Translations under genes and position numbers: made by a program | The notes under the pieces: model-generated | The model's database searches: none | The model's input: only the letters and a program-made list of their open reading frames with translations | Told to the model about the DNA's origin: nothing | From: Candidatus Spongiisociaceae bacterium | Lineage (GTDB): Bacteria; Actinomycetota; Acidimicrobiia; Spongiisociales; Spongiisociaceae | DNA length: 64,000 nucleotides | Reading direction: 5' to 3' | Assembly (NCBI GenBank): GCA_965219685.1 | Contig: CBDCOH010000002.1 | Span: forward strand, 3,744,001 to 3,808,000 | Shown: piece by piece, positions 36,378 through 45,513 of the stretch | Numbering within the stretch: the first letter of the stretch is position 1 | How the letters are laid out: each line of letters opens with the position of its first letter

Positions 36378-37705
36378 CGCTCCGCTTTCCGGACGGTTTC
36401 ATATGGGGGGCGGCCACCTCCTCCTATCAGATAGAGGGGGCGGTGGCCGAGGACGGGCGGTCGGAGAGTGTCTGGGACCGCTTCTGCCGGACTCCCGGAC
36501 GGGTGCTGAACGGCGACACGGGCGATGTGGCCTGCGACCACTACCACCGGTGGCGCGACGACATCCGGATCATGAAGGATCTGGGACTCGCGGCCTACCG
36601 GTTCTCGGTGGCCTGGCCAAGGGTCGTACCGGAGGGACAGGGACCCGTCAACCAGGCCGGCCTGGACTTCTACGACCGGCTGGTGGACGGCCTGCTCGAG
36701 GCAGGGATCGAGCCCTTCGTCACCCTGTACCACTGGGACCATCCCCAGCGCATCGAGGAGGCCGGAGGCTGGAGGGTTCGGGAAACCGCCCACGCCTTCG
36801 CACGCTATGCGGCAGCCGTCGGGAGCCGGCTCGGAGATCGAGTCACCCACTGGATGACCCTCAATGAACCCTGGGTGGTGGCGCACCTGGGTCACCGGAC
36901 AGGTCAGCACGCGCCGGGTCTGGTGAACTCCGGGACCGAACTCGATGTGATCCATCACCAGCTCCTGGGGCACGGGCTGGCGTCGCAGGCGTTGCGATCC
37001 GGGCGCGCCGGCCCGGAGATCGGCGTAGCTCTCAACCTCGAACCTCGGACGGCGCGCTCCGAGCATCCGCTGGATCGGGATGCGGCCGCTCTCGAGGAGG
37101 GCCTGATGAACCGGTGGTTTCTCGACCCCCTTCTCGGTCGGGGGTATCCGGCCGACCTGCTCGAGCTGACCCGCTGGAAGGCTTCGGTGATCACCGACGG
37201 CGACCTGGACACCATCGCCCAGCCCTTGGACGCGGTGGGCCTGAACTACTACCGGACCGAGGTGGTCGGGTATCCGGGGCTGAGAGACTGTGATCGGCCG
37301 CTACCGCTCCGCGAACCTCCCGCCGAGGTAACCGAGATGGGCTGGCCGGTGACCCCGGAAGGTCTGGGCACGATGCTCCGGATGCTGGAAGGCTACGGCG
37401 TCGGCGCCATCTACATCACCGAGAGCGGGGCCGCCTATCCCGACAAGGCTTACGACGGGCAGAGAATCCAGGACGAGGATCGCCGCTCGTACCTGGAGAG
37501 GCACCTGGTCGAAGCCGCCCGCGCCATCGACGACGGGGTGCCGTTGAGGGGTTACTTCGCCTGGACCCTGCTGGACAACTTCGAGTGGAGCTTCGGGTAC
37601 TCGCGCCGTTTCGGGCTGGTCCACGTGGATCACGTCACCCAGCGGCGAACTCCCAAGGCTTCGGCCTACTGGTACCGGGATGTCATCGCCCGCAACGCCA
37701 TCTGA
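36374..37705 (+). CDS. GH1 beta-glucosidase
   Basis: ATSSYQIEG, TLNEP, ITESG, DNFEW. Confidence 0.93.
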   Translation: MTLRFPDGFIWGAATSSYQIEGAVAEDGRSESVWDRFCRTPGRVLNGDTGDVACDHYHRWRDDIRIMKDLGLAAYRFSVAWPRVVPEGQGPVNQAGLDFYDRLVDGLLEAGIEPFVTLYHWDHPQRIEEAGGWRVRETAHAFARYAAAVGSRLGDRVTHWMTLNEPWVVAHLGHRTGQHAPGLVNSGTELDVIHHQLLGHGLASQALRSGRAGPEIGVALNLEPRTARSEHPLDRDAAALEEGLMNRWFLDPLLGRGYPADLLELTRWKASVITDGDLDTIAQPLDAVGLNYYRTEVVGYPGLRDCDRPLPLREPPAEVTEMGWPVTPEGLGTMLRMLEGYGVGAIYITESGAAYPDKAYDGQRIQDEDRRSYLERHLVEAARAIDDGVPLRGYFAWTLLDNFEWSFGYSRRFGLVHVDHVTQRRTPKASAYWYRDVIARNAI

Positions 37706-37781
37706 CTGGCCAGTTGCCAGTTGCCACCGTAAGCCAGTACTAATAACTACCGACTAGCCTTTAGCAACTAACGACTAGTTA
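37706..37781. repeat. Opposed heptamer arrays between convergent genes; contains the ExeM stop
   Basis: CCAGTTG x2, then CTAATAA CTACCGA CTAGCCT TTAGCAA CTAACGA CTAGTTA. Confidence 0.7.
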
Positions 37782-40449
37782 CCGCCCGGTAGGCCCTGGC
37801 CAGGAACGACGCCATCTGCTGGCGGGTCGTGCAGGCGTCGGGGGAGAAGGTCGTCCGGGATGTGCCTTCCGTCACTCCGAGCCCGAAGATGCGGCCGATG
37901 TCACCGCTCGCCGAGGTCACTTCCCCGCCCAGGTCCGTGAACGGTGTCGCGCCTACCGGAGCGAGGCTGCCTGTCACCAAGGTGTAGAACCTGGCCAGCA
38001 GGGTCGCCATCCGGCCACGGGACACGCAGGCATCGGAGGAGACGGTCGCGAACGGCGCGTCTGCGATGATCCCGAGTCCGTAGATGCGGCGGATGTCGTC
38101 GCGGTGGGCGTCCGAAGTGTTGCCGAGGTCGGCGTACGGTGGCTCGACGACCGGCGGATCCTCGCCCACCACGGCTTCGTAGAGCCGGGCGAGGAAGGAG
38201 GCCGTCTGTTGCAGTGACGCGGGCATGCGCGGGGAGAAGGTCGTCGGGGATGTGCCTTTCGTGATTCCGAGTCCGTGGATGCGGCGTATGTGGTCGCGGT
38301 GGGCGTCCGAGGCGTCCGCGAGGTCGGTGAACGGCGTCTCTGTCACCGGAGCCTCGCCGGCCGGAGCCCGTCTGCCCGCGGTGGGGCTCTTCCCGAGTCG
38401 AAGACCGACGATCACCGGATCGTGGTCCGATGAACGGAACGCGTTGGCCTCGTAGATGGGCAGCGCCGCCGACTCCCGCTGGTAGGCCCGCTCACCCGGG
38501 TCGTGGACATCGTCGTTGTAATCGAACAGCGGTGGCTCGTCGGCGTTGATCTGCCACGCGGCCACCCCGGTGACCTGGCGCAGCAGCGACGGGCTGGCCA
38601 GGGCGTAGTCCAGGTATCCGAGTTGGCCGTCGAAAAGGTAGCCGTAGGCGTCGGCGCCGACGAACCGCCTTATCAGGTCGGTGTAGCCTGCTGTCTCCAA
38701 CGCCCTGATCGGATCTTCCCGGGCGTAAGCGTTCAGATCGCCGATTATCAGGATGTCGGGGTCGCCGCCGGCCGTCGGATCAGTGGCGAGGTACCGGGCG
38801 AGGGCTTCGGCGGCCGCGGTCCGGGTGGCGTTGCAGTTGCCCTGGCCGTCGCGGCGGTCCGGATCGCCTAGTTCTTCGCAGCTCGATCCCTTCGACTTGA
38901 GATGGTTGACCGCGACCGTGAAGCGCTCGCCGGTCGCCACCTCCTCGAAGGTCTGGATCAGGCCGGGCCGGTTCTTCGTGTCGGCGAACGCCGTGTCGAC
39001 CGACGAATCGATGATGATGTGAGTCCCGACGGGGGTCACCCACTCGGGTTGGTAGATCAGCCCGACTTTGATGACGTCGCTTCCGATGGCCGCAGTGTCC
39101 ACGTAGGCATACCGGTCGGGCTCCGCGGCGGAGTTCAGACCGGCTACCAGGTCGGCGAGCGAGGCCGAGTCGTCGTTCTCGATCTCCACCACGCCGAAGA
39201 CATGGGCGCCGATCGCGACCATCGCGGCGACGATCTTGTCCCGCTGCCGGTCCAGTTCCGCCGCCGAGTCGGCACCCCGGCAGCCGAGGTCGCCACCCGG
39301 CCCGCAGAGCGGTGTCCCGTCATCGATCGTGTTGAAGTAGTTCAGAACGTTGAAGCCGACCACCTTGAGGCGGCCGCCCACCTCCGCGGGAGCCGCGGGC
39401 CGCGGGTTGTCCGCATCGAACGTGTAGTCGAACCGCTCGGGTACGGGCTGGATCCTCCAGGCGTCGAATGCCCAGTGCATCACCCCGGTAAGGCCTCTGA
39501 TCGAGTCGCCGCCCCGGAAGCGATTGGTGATGCTCAGCCCGCCTTCGGGATACGGATAGGCCTCGTCCTCCGCCTGCGGGGGGTTGATGGCCTCGTTCTG
39601 GTCGGCGTTGCCGTCGTCGAGGACTATCCGCCTTGTAGCGAGGTCGGCCAGAAAAGCTGCGTATCCCGTGGTGCTCGGCGGGTGTCGATGGGTGAACTGG
39701 TACGGCCGGGACCCGTCGGTGAGGACGATCTCGCCGTACCGGGCGAGCCAGTAGTACTCGCTGACCACCAGCTTGCCCGGGAACGTTACGACCATGGCTT
39801 CGACGTTCTCGAAGGTTCCCGCCGCCCGTGTGCTGCCCGAGGCGGGAAGCGACAGCACCGTCGGGGCCGGAAGATCGTTTCCCGACGAGCGGACCGTGAC
39901 GCTGCCTTCGGATGCGTCGATCTGGCTCGCGCCGCCGAACTCCCCCGCCACCCCCACCACCGTCACCCCGTCGCCCACCGCCAGGCCGTCGGGGCACGCG
40001 GTCGAGCAGTGGACGTAGATTCCCTCGGAGGTGGCCGGGTCGCCATCGCGGTCGGCGTCCTCCTCCTGGAGGGAGAATCCGCTCAGCCGGTCATCGTGCT
40101 CGAACAGCGAGGTGACTATCGCCTCGACCGTGACCGGTCCTGCGATCGCAACGGTGGCTCCGTTGCCCTGTACTTGGGAAATGCGCAGCAACTCGGGCGT
40201 CCCGGTCGGGGCGGCCGGCGGGTCGGGATCCCGAGTCTGGTCGATGGATGCCGGTCCGGCTGCAAGGGCGGGCGCGGCGCCGGCCGCGACTAACCATCCG
40301 ACCACCAGGACCAGGGTGGCCCGGACGGTTGTGGAGAGGGGTGTCAAGTCAGTGTCTCCCGAGAAGCGTGTGTGGGCGCGGATCCGATCGTAGACACGTC
40401 GTCGATGCCGGTCGTGGAACGACCCTGCCCGGGCTCCTGTGCTCGTCAT
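37768..40449 (-). CDS. ExeM/NucH extracellular endonuclease with C-terminal SLH-like repeats (start uncertain)
   Basis: TSEGIYV, FNVLNYF, NHLKSKG, GDLNAY, SSDHDP; three PFTD...GI..G...FSP-type repeats. Confidence 0.9.
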   Translation of the reverse strand: MTSTGARAGSFHDRHRRRVYDRIRAHTRFSGDTDLTPLSTTVRATLVLVVGWLVAAGAAPALAAGPASIDQTRDPDPPAAPTGTPELLRISQVQGNGATVAIAGPVTVEAIVTSLFEHDDRLSGFSLQEEDADRDGDPATSEGIYVHCSTACPDGLAVGDGVTVVGVAGEFGGASQIDASEGSVTVRSSGNDLPAPTVLSLPASGSTRAAGTFENVEAMVVTFPGKLVVSEYYWLARYGEIVLTDGSRPYQFTHRHPPSTTGYAAFLADLATRRIVLDDGNADQNEAINPPQAEDEAYPYPEGGLSITNRFRGGDSIRGLTGVMHWAFDAWRIQPVPERFDYTFDADNPRPAAPAEVGGRLKVVGFNVLNYFNTIDDGTPLCGPGGDLGCRGADSAAELDRQRDKIVAAMVAIGAHVFGVVEIENDDSASLADLVAGLNSAAEPDRYAYVDTAAIGSDVIKVGLIYQPEWVTPVGTHIIIDSSVDTAFADTKNRPGLIQTFEEVATGERFTVAVNHLKSKGSSCEELGDPDRRDGQGNCNATRTAAAEALARYLATDPTAGGDPDILIIGDLNAYAREDPIRALETAGYTDLIRRFVGADAYGYLFDGQLGYLDYALASPSLLRQVTGVAAWQINADEPPLFDYNDDVHDPGERAYQRESAALPIYEANAFRSSDHDPVIVGLRLGKSPTAGRRAPAGEAPVTETPFTDLADASDAHRDHIRRIHGLGITKGTSPTTFSPRMPASLQQTASFLARLYEAVVGEDPPVVEPPYADLGNTSDAHRDDIRRIYGLGIIADAPFATVSSDACVSRGRMATLLARFYTLVTGSLAPVGATPFTDLGGEVTSASGDIGRIFGLGVTEGTSRTTFSPDACTTRQQMASFLARAYRAVTSR

Positions 40450-40522
40450 TCGCCGGAAGGGACCGCAGCCCGAAGGTGCCCCGACCCGGCGGCCGGGGCA
40501 CCTTCTCGGGAGGTGCGGATGC

Positions 40523-42475
40523 TTAGAACATGAAGGGGACCCGCAGGACCCAGCCGATGTGGATCAGATCAGGGTTGGTCAGGGCCCGGCCGTCGGCCTG
40601 GGTGACGCCCTTGTTGAGCTCGAAGATCTCCATCCACCGGTTCTCGTCGCCGAGTTCGTCCATGGCGATCTTCCGTAGGGTGTCGCCCGCCCGGACGATC
40701 ACCTCGGTGGTCTCGGGTTCGGGTTCCAGGGCGACGATCCTGCCGCCACCACCGGCGGGGTAGTCGGCAGCCGTGATCGTGCCGCCGAGGTCCATCGATA
40801 TGTAATTGGCCAAGGCCTGCTGGTAGCTGACCCCAAGCTTGGTGAAGGCGATGTCCGCCAAGGGGTAGCAGTCCCCACCGTTGGCGAGGAAGTCGATGGT
40901 GGCCAGCACCACCGGATCGCCCGCCACGACCTGCCCGTCGCTGACGATGACCGTGCCGTCGTCGAGCACGACCTCCCTGACCCGCTCCCCGGGGTTGCCG
41001 ACCAGGGAGCAGTCGCCGTCGCGGGCGATCTCCCTGGCGGGGGCGGCCGGATCGTAGGTGAGCGTGAAGCCCGAAACCTGGGCGAACTGGCCCCCGGCGC
41101 CCGGCAGGCGGTCCAAGCCCTGTTCGAGCAGGACGTGGAAGGTGTCGCGGGGGACCTCGGCGACCACGACGAAGTTCCTGAACGGAGCGATGTCCCAGGT
41201 GGTCCCGACGGTGATCTCCCCCGGCGGGATCAGAGAACTGTTGCGGATGCCTCCGCCGTTCTGGATCGCCACATCGGGCACGGGGGTTCCGAACTCATCG
41301 GCCAGGTTGGTGGCGGTGGCGCGGAGGGCGTCGGCCATCAGGTTGCCCTCGTTGGTCGCCATGATGCGGATCTCCGGCCTGCGACCGTCCAGGGCCACCT
41401 TGCTGGTTCCGATGACCTCGGCGTCGATCAGCGCCACCGCCTCGGACAGGGGCTTGATGACATCGGCCTGTACATCGGGATCGGGCTCGACATCGAAGCC
41501 CACACCGATCGAGCGGCCTTCCGCCGCGGTCACGTTGCCGTCGGCGTCGAAGGTGACGTTCAGTTCGCCGATGCAGCGGTACCCGCCGGGCGCGGTGATT
41601 ACCGGAACCATCGTCCCGGTGGCGTCTTCCACCATGATCGGGTAGGGCGCCACTGCCTCCTCCTCTGCCAGGCAGGTGTCGCCCTCGTTCTTCAGGAGGT
41701 CGTCGCCTCCGCCGGCGATGACCACATCCACACCCGAGAGGCTCGCCACCAATTCGATCTCCTCGGCCACGTCCTGAAGATGGCTGACCAGGATGATCTT
41801 GTTTACTCCGTCGGCTGCCATGTCCTCCACCGCCGCCATCACGGCCGGTAGCACCGGGGACACGACGGCATTGCGGGGAGTGGAGATGTTGGGCAGCATC
41901 GGGGTGACCGCGCCGATCACACCGATCTGCTCGCCTCCGGTCTCTATCACCGTGCCACCGGCGATCAGGCCATCCTCCACCAACGCTTGCAGCATCGGCT
42001 CGCCCGTGAAGTCCACGTTGGCGGACAGGAAGATCACCGGAGGGGAGAAACCGGTCACGAACCGGGCGGTTACCTCCGGTCCGAGATCGAAGTCGTGGTT
42101 ACCCAACGCCATGGCGTCGTAGAGGCCCCTCAAGGCTATGGAGTCGTAGAGCGGACCCTCGCGGCCCAGGGATACGCCCAACTCCTGGGAGGCCAGGAAG
42201 TTGTCACCGGAAGTCAGCGTCACGACCCCCACACCGGAGGCCGCGGCCTGTAGCTGCTTCATCAGGGCCACGAAGCGGGCCACGCCCGGATCGGCGTTCT
42301 CGTCGGGGAGAAGCTTCGACTCGCCGTCGTTGTTGTGCAGGATGGTGAGGGTGAACCCCCCGCTGTCCTCGGTATCCTGCGCACTCCCGGCAACGGGAAG
42401 GGATACCAGCATCCCGGTCACTACCGCCAGGACGGCGAGAATGGCAAGGGGTGGCCTCAAGCGGGTACTCGTCAT
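40523..42475 (-). CDS. 5'-nucleotidase-type metallophosphoesterase with C-terminal LysM
   Basis: GDNF, GNHDFD, NGGGIR, QVSG; GDTLRKIA...NPDLIHIGWVL. Confidence 0.88.
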   Translation of the reverse strand: MTSTRLRPPLAILAVLAVVTGMLVSLPVAGSAQDTEDSGGFTLTILHNNDGESKLLPDENADPGVARFVALMKQLQAAASGVGVVTLTSGDNFLASQELGVSLGREGPLYDSIALRGLYDAMALGNHDFDLGPEVTARFVTGFSPPVIFLSANVDFTGEPMLQALVEDGLIAGGTVIETGGEQIGVIGAVTPMLPNISTPRNAVVSPVLPAVMAAVEDMAADGVNKIILVSHLQDVAEEIELVASLSGVDVVIAGGGDDLLKNEGDTCLAEEEAVAPYPIMVEDATGTMVPVITAPGGYRCIGELNVTFDADGNVTAAEGRSIGVGFDVEPDPDVQADVIKPLSEAVALIDAEVIGTSKVALDGRRPEIRIMATNEGNLMADALRATATNLADEFGTPVPDVAIQNGGGIRNSSLIPPGEITVGTTWDIAPFRNFVVVAEVPRDTFHVLLEQGLDRLPGAGGQFAQVSGFTLTYDPAAPAREIARDGDCSLVGNPGERVREVVLDDGTVIVSDGQVVAGDPVVLATIDFLANGGDCYPLADIAFTKLGVSYQQALANYISMDLGGTITAADYPAGGGGRIVALEPEPETTEVIVRAGDTLRKIAMDELGDENRWMEIFELNKGVTQADGRALTNPDLIHIGWVLRVPFMF

Positions 42476-42579
42476 GTGTGCTCCTTGATCCATTTGTCTA
42501 CTCTCCTAGATTACGTAACGGGATGACCGTATGCATCCGAGAACGCGTGTTTAGAGAACGGGGATAGGAGGTCGCGAAG

Positions 42580-43668
42580 TTGGCAGGTGGTTCGGTCCGC
42601 TACGGGATCATCGGTACAGGGATGATGGGCATCGAGCACATCGGCAACATCCTCGCTATGCGAAACGCGGCGGTCACGGCCGTGGCGGATCCCTACCCAC
42701 CCTCCCGTGAGGCGGCTCGGGAGGCGCTAGACGGGCAGCGGTTCGCGGTCTTCGGCAACCATCGGGAACTGATCGAGTCGAAGCTGTGCGACGCGGTGGT
42801 GGTGTCGACACCCAACATGACCCACATAGACCTCCTCCGTGACCTCCTGGAAACCGATCTACACCTCCTGGTGGAGAAGCCGCTCTGCACCACGGTCGAG
42901 GACTGCCGCCGGGTGGTCGACGCCCAGCGTGATCGCGACGCTGTCCTGTGGGTCGGGATGGAGTACCGCTACATGCCCGCCATCGCCCGGCTGATCGCGG
43001 AGGTCCGGAGGGGCACCGTCGGCGACCTGAAGATGCTGGCGATCCGGGAGCACCGCTTCCCGTTCCTCGAGAAGGTCAACGACTGGAACCGGTTCAACGC
43101 CAACTCGGGAGGCACCCTGGTGGAGAAGTGCTGCCACCACTTCGACCTGATGAACCACATCATCGGCAATCCCCCGGTCCGGGTGTACGCCTCGGGGAGC
43201 CAGGCGGTGAACCATCTGGACGAGCGCTACGGGGGGCGCCAACCCGATATCCTCGACAACGCCTACGTGATCGTGGACTACCGGGACGGGCAGCGGGCCA
43301 TGCTGGACCTCTGCATGTTCGCGGAAGGCGGTGAGAACCAGGAGGAGTTGGTGGCGGTGGGCGACCGCGGCAAGGTGGAAGCCCGCCTACCCTCCGGCCT
43401 GGTGCTCACCGGCATGAGGGAAGGCGACTGGTTCTCCCCGAGGATCGAGACAGCCACCGACAGCCGGATCGCCCACACCGGCGCCCATCACGGCGCGTCG
43501 TACCTGGAACACCTGGAGTTCCTCAACGCTATCCGGAACGGAACCCCTCCGCAGGTCAACGCCTACGACGGCCTGCTGGCCGTCACCATGGGAGTCGCCG
43601 CTCAGCAGTCGATCGAGGAAGGTCGCCCGGTCGACATAGCCGAGATGGTCGAGCAGGACCTGAGGTGA
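42580..43668 (+). CDS. Gfo/Idh/MocA family oxidoreductase
   Basis: GIIGTGMMG, VEKP, EKCCHHFD. Confidence 0.9.
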   Translation: MAGGSVRYGIIGTGMMGIEHIGNILAMRNAAVTAVADPYPPSREAAREALDGQRFAVFGNHRELIESKLCDAVVVSTPNMTHIDLLRDLLETDLHLLVEKPLCTTVEDCRRVVDAQRDRDAVLWVGMEYRYMPAIARLIAEVRRGTVGDLKMLAIREHRFPFLEKVNDWNRFNANSGGTLVEKCCHHFDLMNHIIGNPPVRVYASGSQAVNHLDERYGGRQPDILDNAYVIVDYRDGQRAMLDLCMFAEGGENQEELVAVGDRGKVEARLPSGLVLTGMREGDWFSPRIETATDSRIAHTGAHHGASYLEHLEFLNAIRNGTPPQVNAYDGLLAVTMGVAAQQSIEEGRPVDIAEMVEQDLR

Positions 43669-43772
43669 GTGGACAGGCTGTCCCGTCGTTATAGCGGCAA
43701 CAAGCATGGGTGGCCGTTCGGGGAACTGGCGACCGGAACCTACCCGATCTAACGCTACTCATCCTTTACCAG

Positions 43773-43812
43773 ATAATAACTAGCAACTAACAACTAGAAA
43801 CTAGCTATCTAG
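43773..43812 (-). repeat. Degenerate heptamer array at the AAA gene stop
   Basis: ATAATAA CTAGCAA CTAACAA CTAGAAA CTAGCTAT CTAG. Confidence 0.7.
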
Positions 43813-45095
43813 GGACCCAGCACGGTGATAGGCATGACTTGGACACCGTCAGGGCGGAGGTAACCGAAACCGGTGGCGGTCACCACCACCAGGTTGGAAG
43901 GCTTTCCGACATGTTCTGGATCTACCTTGTCCCGAAGTCTCAGCAAGGCCGACGCAGCCCTGTCGGTGGCATCGTTTCCCCCCAGTTTGACCTCTATCGC
44001 GATCCAGGCTCCGTCCCGACGTTCAACGATCGCGTCGATCTCCAATCCGGCGCTGTCTCGATAGTGAGCCACTCGGGCCCGGACAGACTGGGCATATGTC
44101 CGCAGGTCCCTGACCACCATCGATTCGAACAGAAGACCGAACGTCTTCAGGTCGCGCCAGAGCCGCTCGGGGTCCGCGTGAAGAGCCGCCGCTGCCAAGG
44201 AGGGGTCTACCAGGTGGCGCTTGGCGGATTGCCGAAGGAAGGTCCGCGAGCGAAGTCGTGTCGACCATGCCGGCTGGTCTTCGACCACATACACCCTCCG
44301 AAGCGCCTCGAGGTACGCCGCGACCGTACGCGGATCGAGCGGTTTCTCACCTCCCGCGTCGCGAGCGAGGGCGCGCTGCGATGCTTCGGTGGATACATTC
44401 CGGGCAAGAGAGCGTAGTAGGCGGTCTACCCCGATCGGATCACGTGATGGTCCGCCGAGTAGCGGGATGTCGGCGCGGCAGATCTCGCTCAGGTACGAGA
44501 CTGCGTAGTCCTGAGCTGCGCTGGTATCCAGATCGATGGATGCAGGCCAGCCTCCCCGGCAAGCCGCCTCCATCAAGTCTGGCAGGGCGGCATCAGGTCG
44601 CTCCACGTAGCCGACCGGCGAGGCGAACAGGTCTGCCAGAGACACTTCTCCCGTCGAGAGACCCGACTCGTAGAGGGACAACGGACGCATCCGGACACGA
44701 GTGATCCGGCCCGCACCGCTGTGCCGGATGACGTCGTCCGCCGGCACAGCGGATCCGGTGAGGATGAACCTGCCAGGCCGACGACCGTCATCGCCCGCCG
44801 CTCGCACCTGATTCCAGACTTGGGGCGCCAGTTGCCACTCATCCAGCAGGCGCGGCTCCGGACCATCCAGTATCGCCTCCGGATGGATCTGCGCCACCAG
44901 TCGGGCAGCGGTGTCCGAGCCGAACATCACCTCGCTGCGTGCGTGTTCACGCCCGGTTGTTGTCTTGCCACAGGCGCGCGGGCCCTCGATGACCACGGCG
45001 GGAACGGAACGAAGTGCGGCCACAACCTCGGAGTCGACAACGCGTGGAACGTACCCGTCCAACCTTCTAACAACACTCGATCCAACTCCTGACAC
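43809..45095 (-). CDS. AAA_14 ATPase with DUF4143 (PD-(D/E)xK-like) tail
   Basis: GPRACGKT, LLDEWQ, ILTGS, GGWP, EIDAI...AIEVK. Confidence 0.85.
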   Translation of the reverse strand: MSGVGSSVVRRLDGYVPRVVDSEVVAALRSVPAVVIEGPRACGKTTTGREHARSEVMFGSDTAARLVAQIHPEAILDGPEPRLLDEWQLAPQVWNQVRAAGDDGRRPGRFILTGSAVPADDVIRHSGAGRITRVRMRPLSLYESGLSTGEVSLADLFASPVGYVERPDAALPDLMEAACRGGWPASIDLDTSAAQDYAVSYLSEICRADIPLLGGPSRDPIGVDRLLRSLARNVSTEASQRALARDAGGEKPLDPRTVAAYLEALRRVYVVEDQPAWSTRLRSRTFLRQSAKRHLVDPSLAAAALHADPERLWRDLKTFGLLFESMVVRDLRTYAQSVRARVAHYRDSAGLEIDAIVERRDGAWIAIEVKLGGNDATDRAASALLRLRDKVDPEHVGKPSNLVVVTATGFGYLRPDGVQVMPITVLGP

Positions 45096-45103
45096 CTGGT
45101 CAG

Positions 45104-45159
45104 TGTATCAAATATCGGAGTGCCAATGTAACAAACGTTGTATACATGATGTATCAAAC
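45104..45159. promoter_or_regulatory. Three TGTAWCAAA direct repeats at 23-bp period upstream of the AAA gene
   Basis: Copies start at 45104, 45127 and 45150. Confidence 0.6.
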
Positions 45160-45171
45160 GCTGACCTTAAG

Positions 45172-45498
45172 GAGAACCAGGAGGAACTGGTGGCGGTCGG
45201 TGACCGGGGCAAGATGGATGCCCGCCTACCGTCCGGCCTGGTCTTCACCGGCATACGGGAATGTGAGTGGTTAGCACCGACTGTCGAGACAGCGGCCGCC
45301 GGCCGCATCGCTCAACCCTGGCGCCGATCACGGCGCCTCCTACCTGGAACATATGGAGTTCCTGGTGGTGAGCCGCGACGGAACCTTACCCGGGTAAGCG
45401 GCAACGACGGCCTCCTGACGGTAGCCATGGGAGTAGTCACCCAGCGCCCTGTCGAGGACTGAGGTGCTGTCCCGATCGTCGAGGTGATTGGACCCTGA
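45172..45498 (+). pseudogene. Degenerate second copy of the Gfo/Idh/MocA 3' end
   Basis: ENQEELVAVGDRGKMDARLPSGLV... matches 43333 onward, with frameshifts and a stop. Confidence 0.85.
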
Positions 45499-45513
45499 GC
45501 CCGGCGCGAACGA

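Noticed and set aside
43745-43758. CCGATCTAACGCTA as a fourth copy of the MITE-like element
   Set aside because: Only 12/14 nt match copy A and the conserved core is missing.
43333-45498. Diversity-generating retroelement TR/VR pair
   Set aside because: Differences are not adenine-specific, include indels, and no reverse transcriptase is present.
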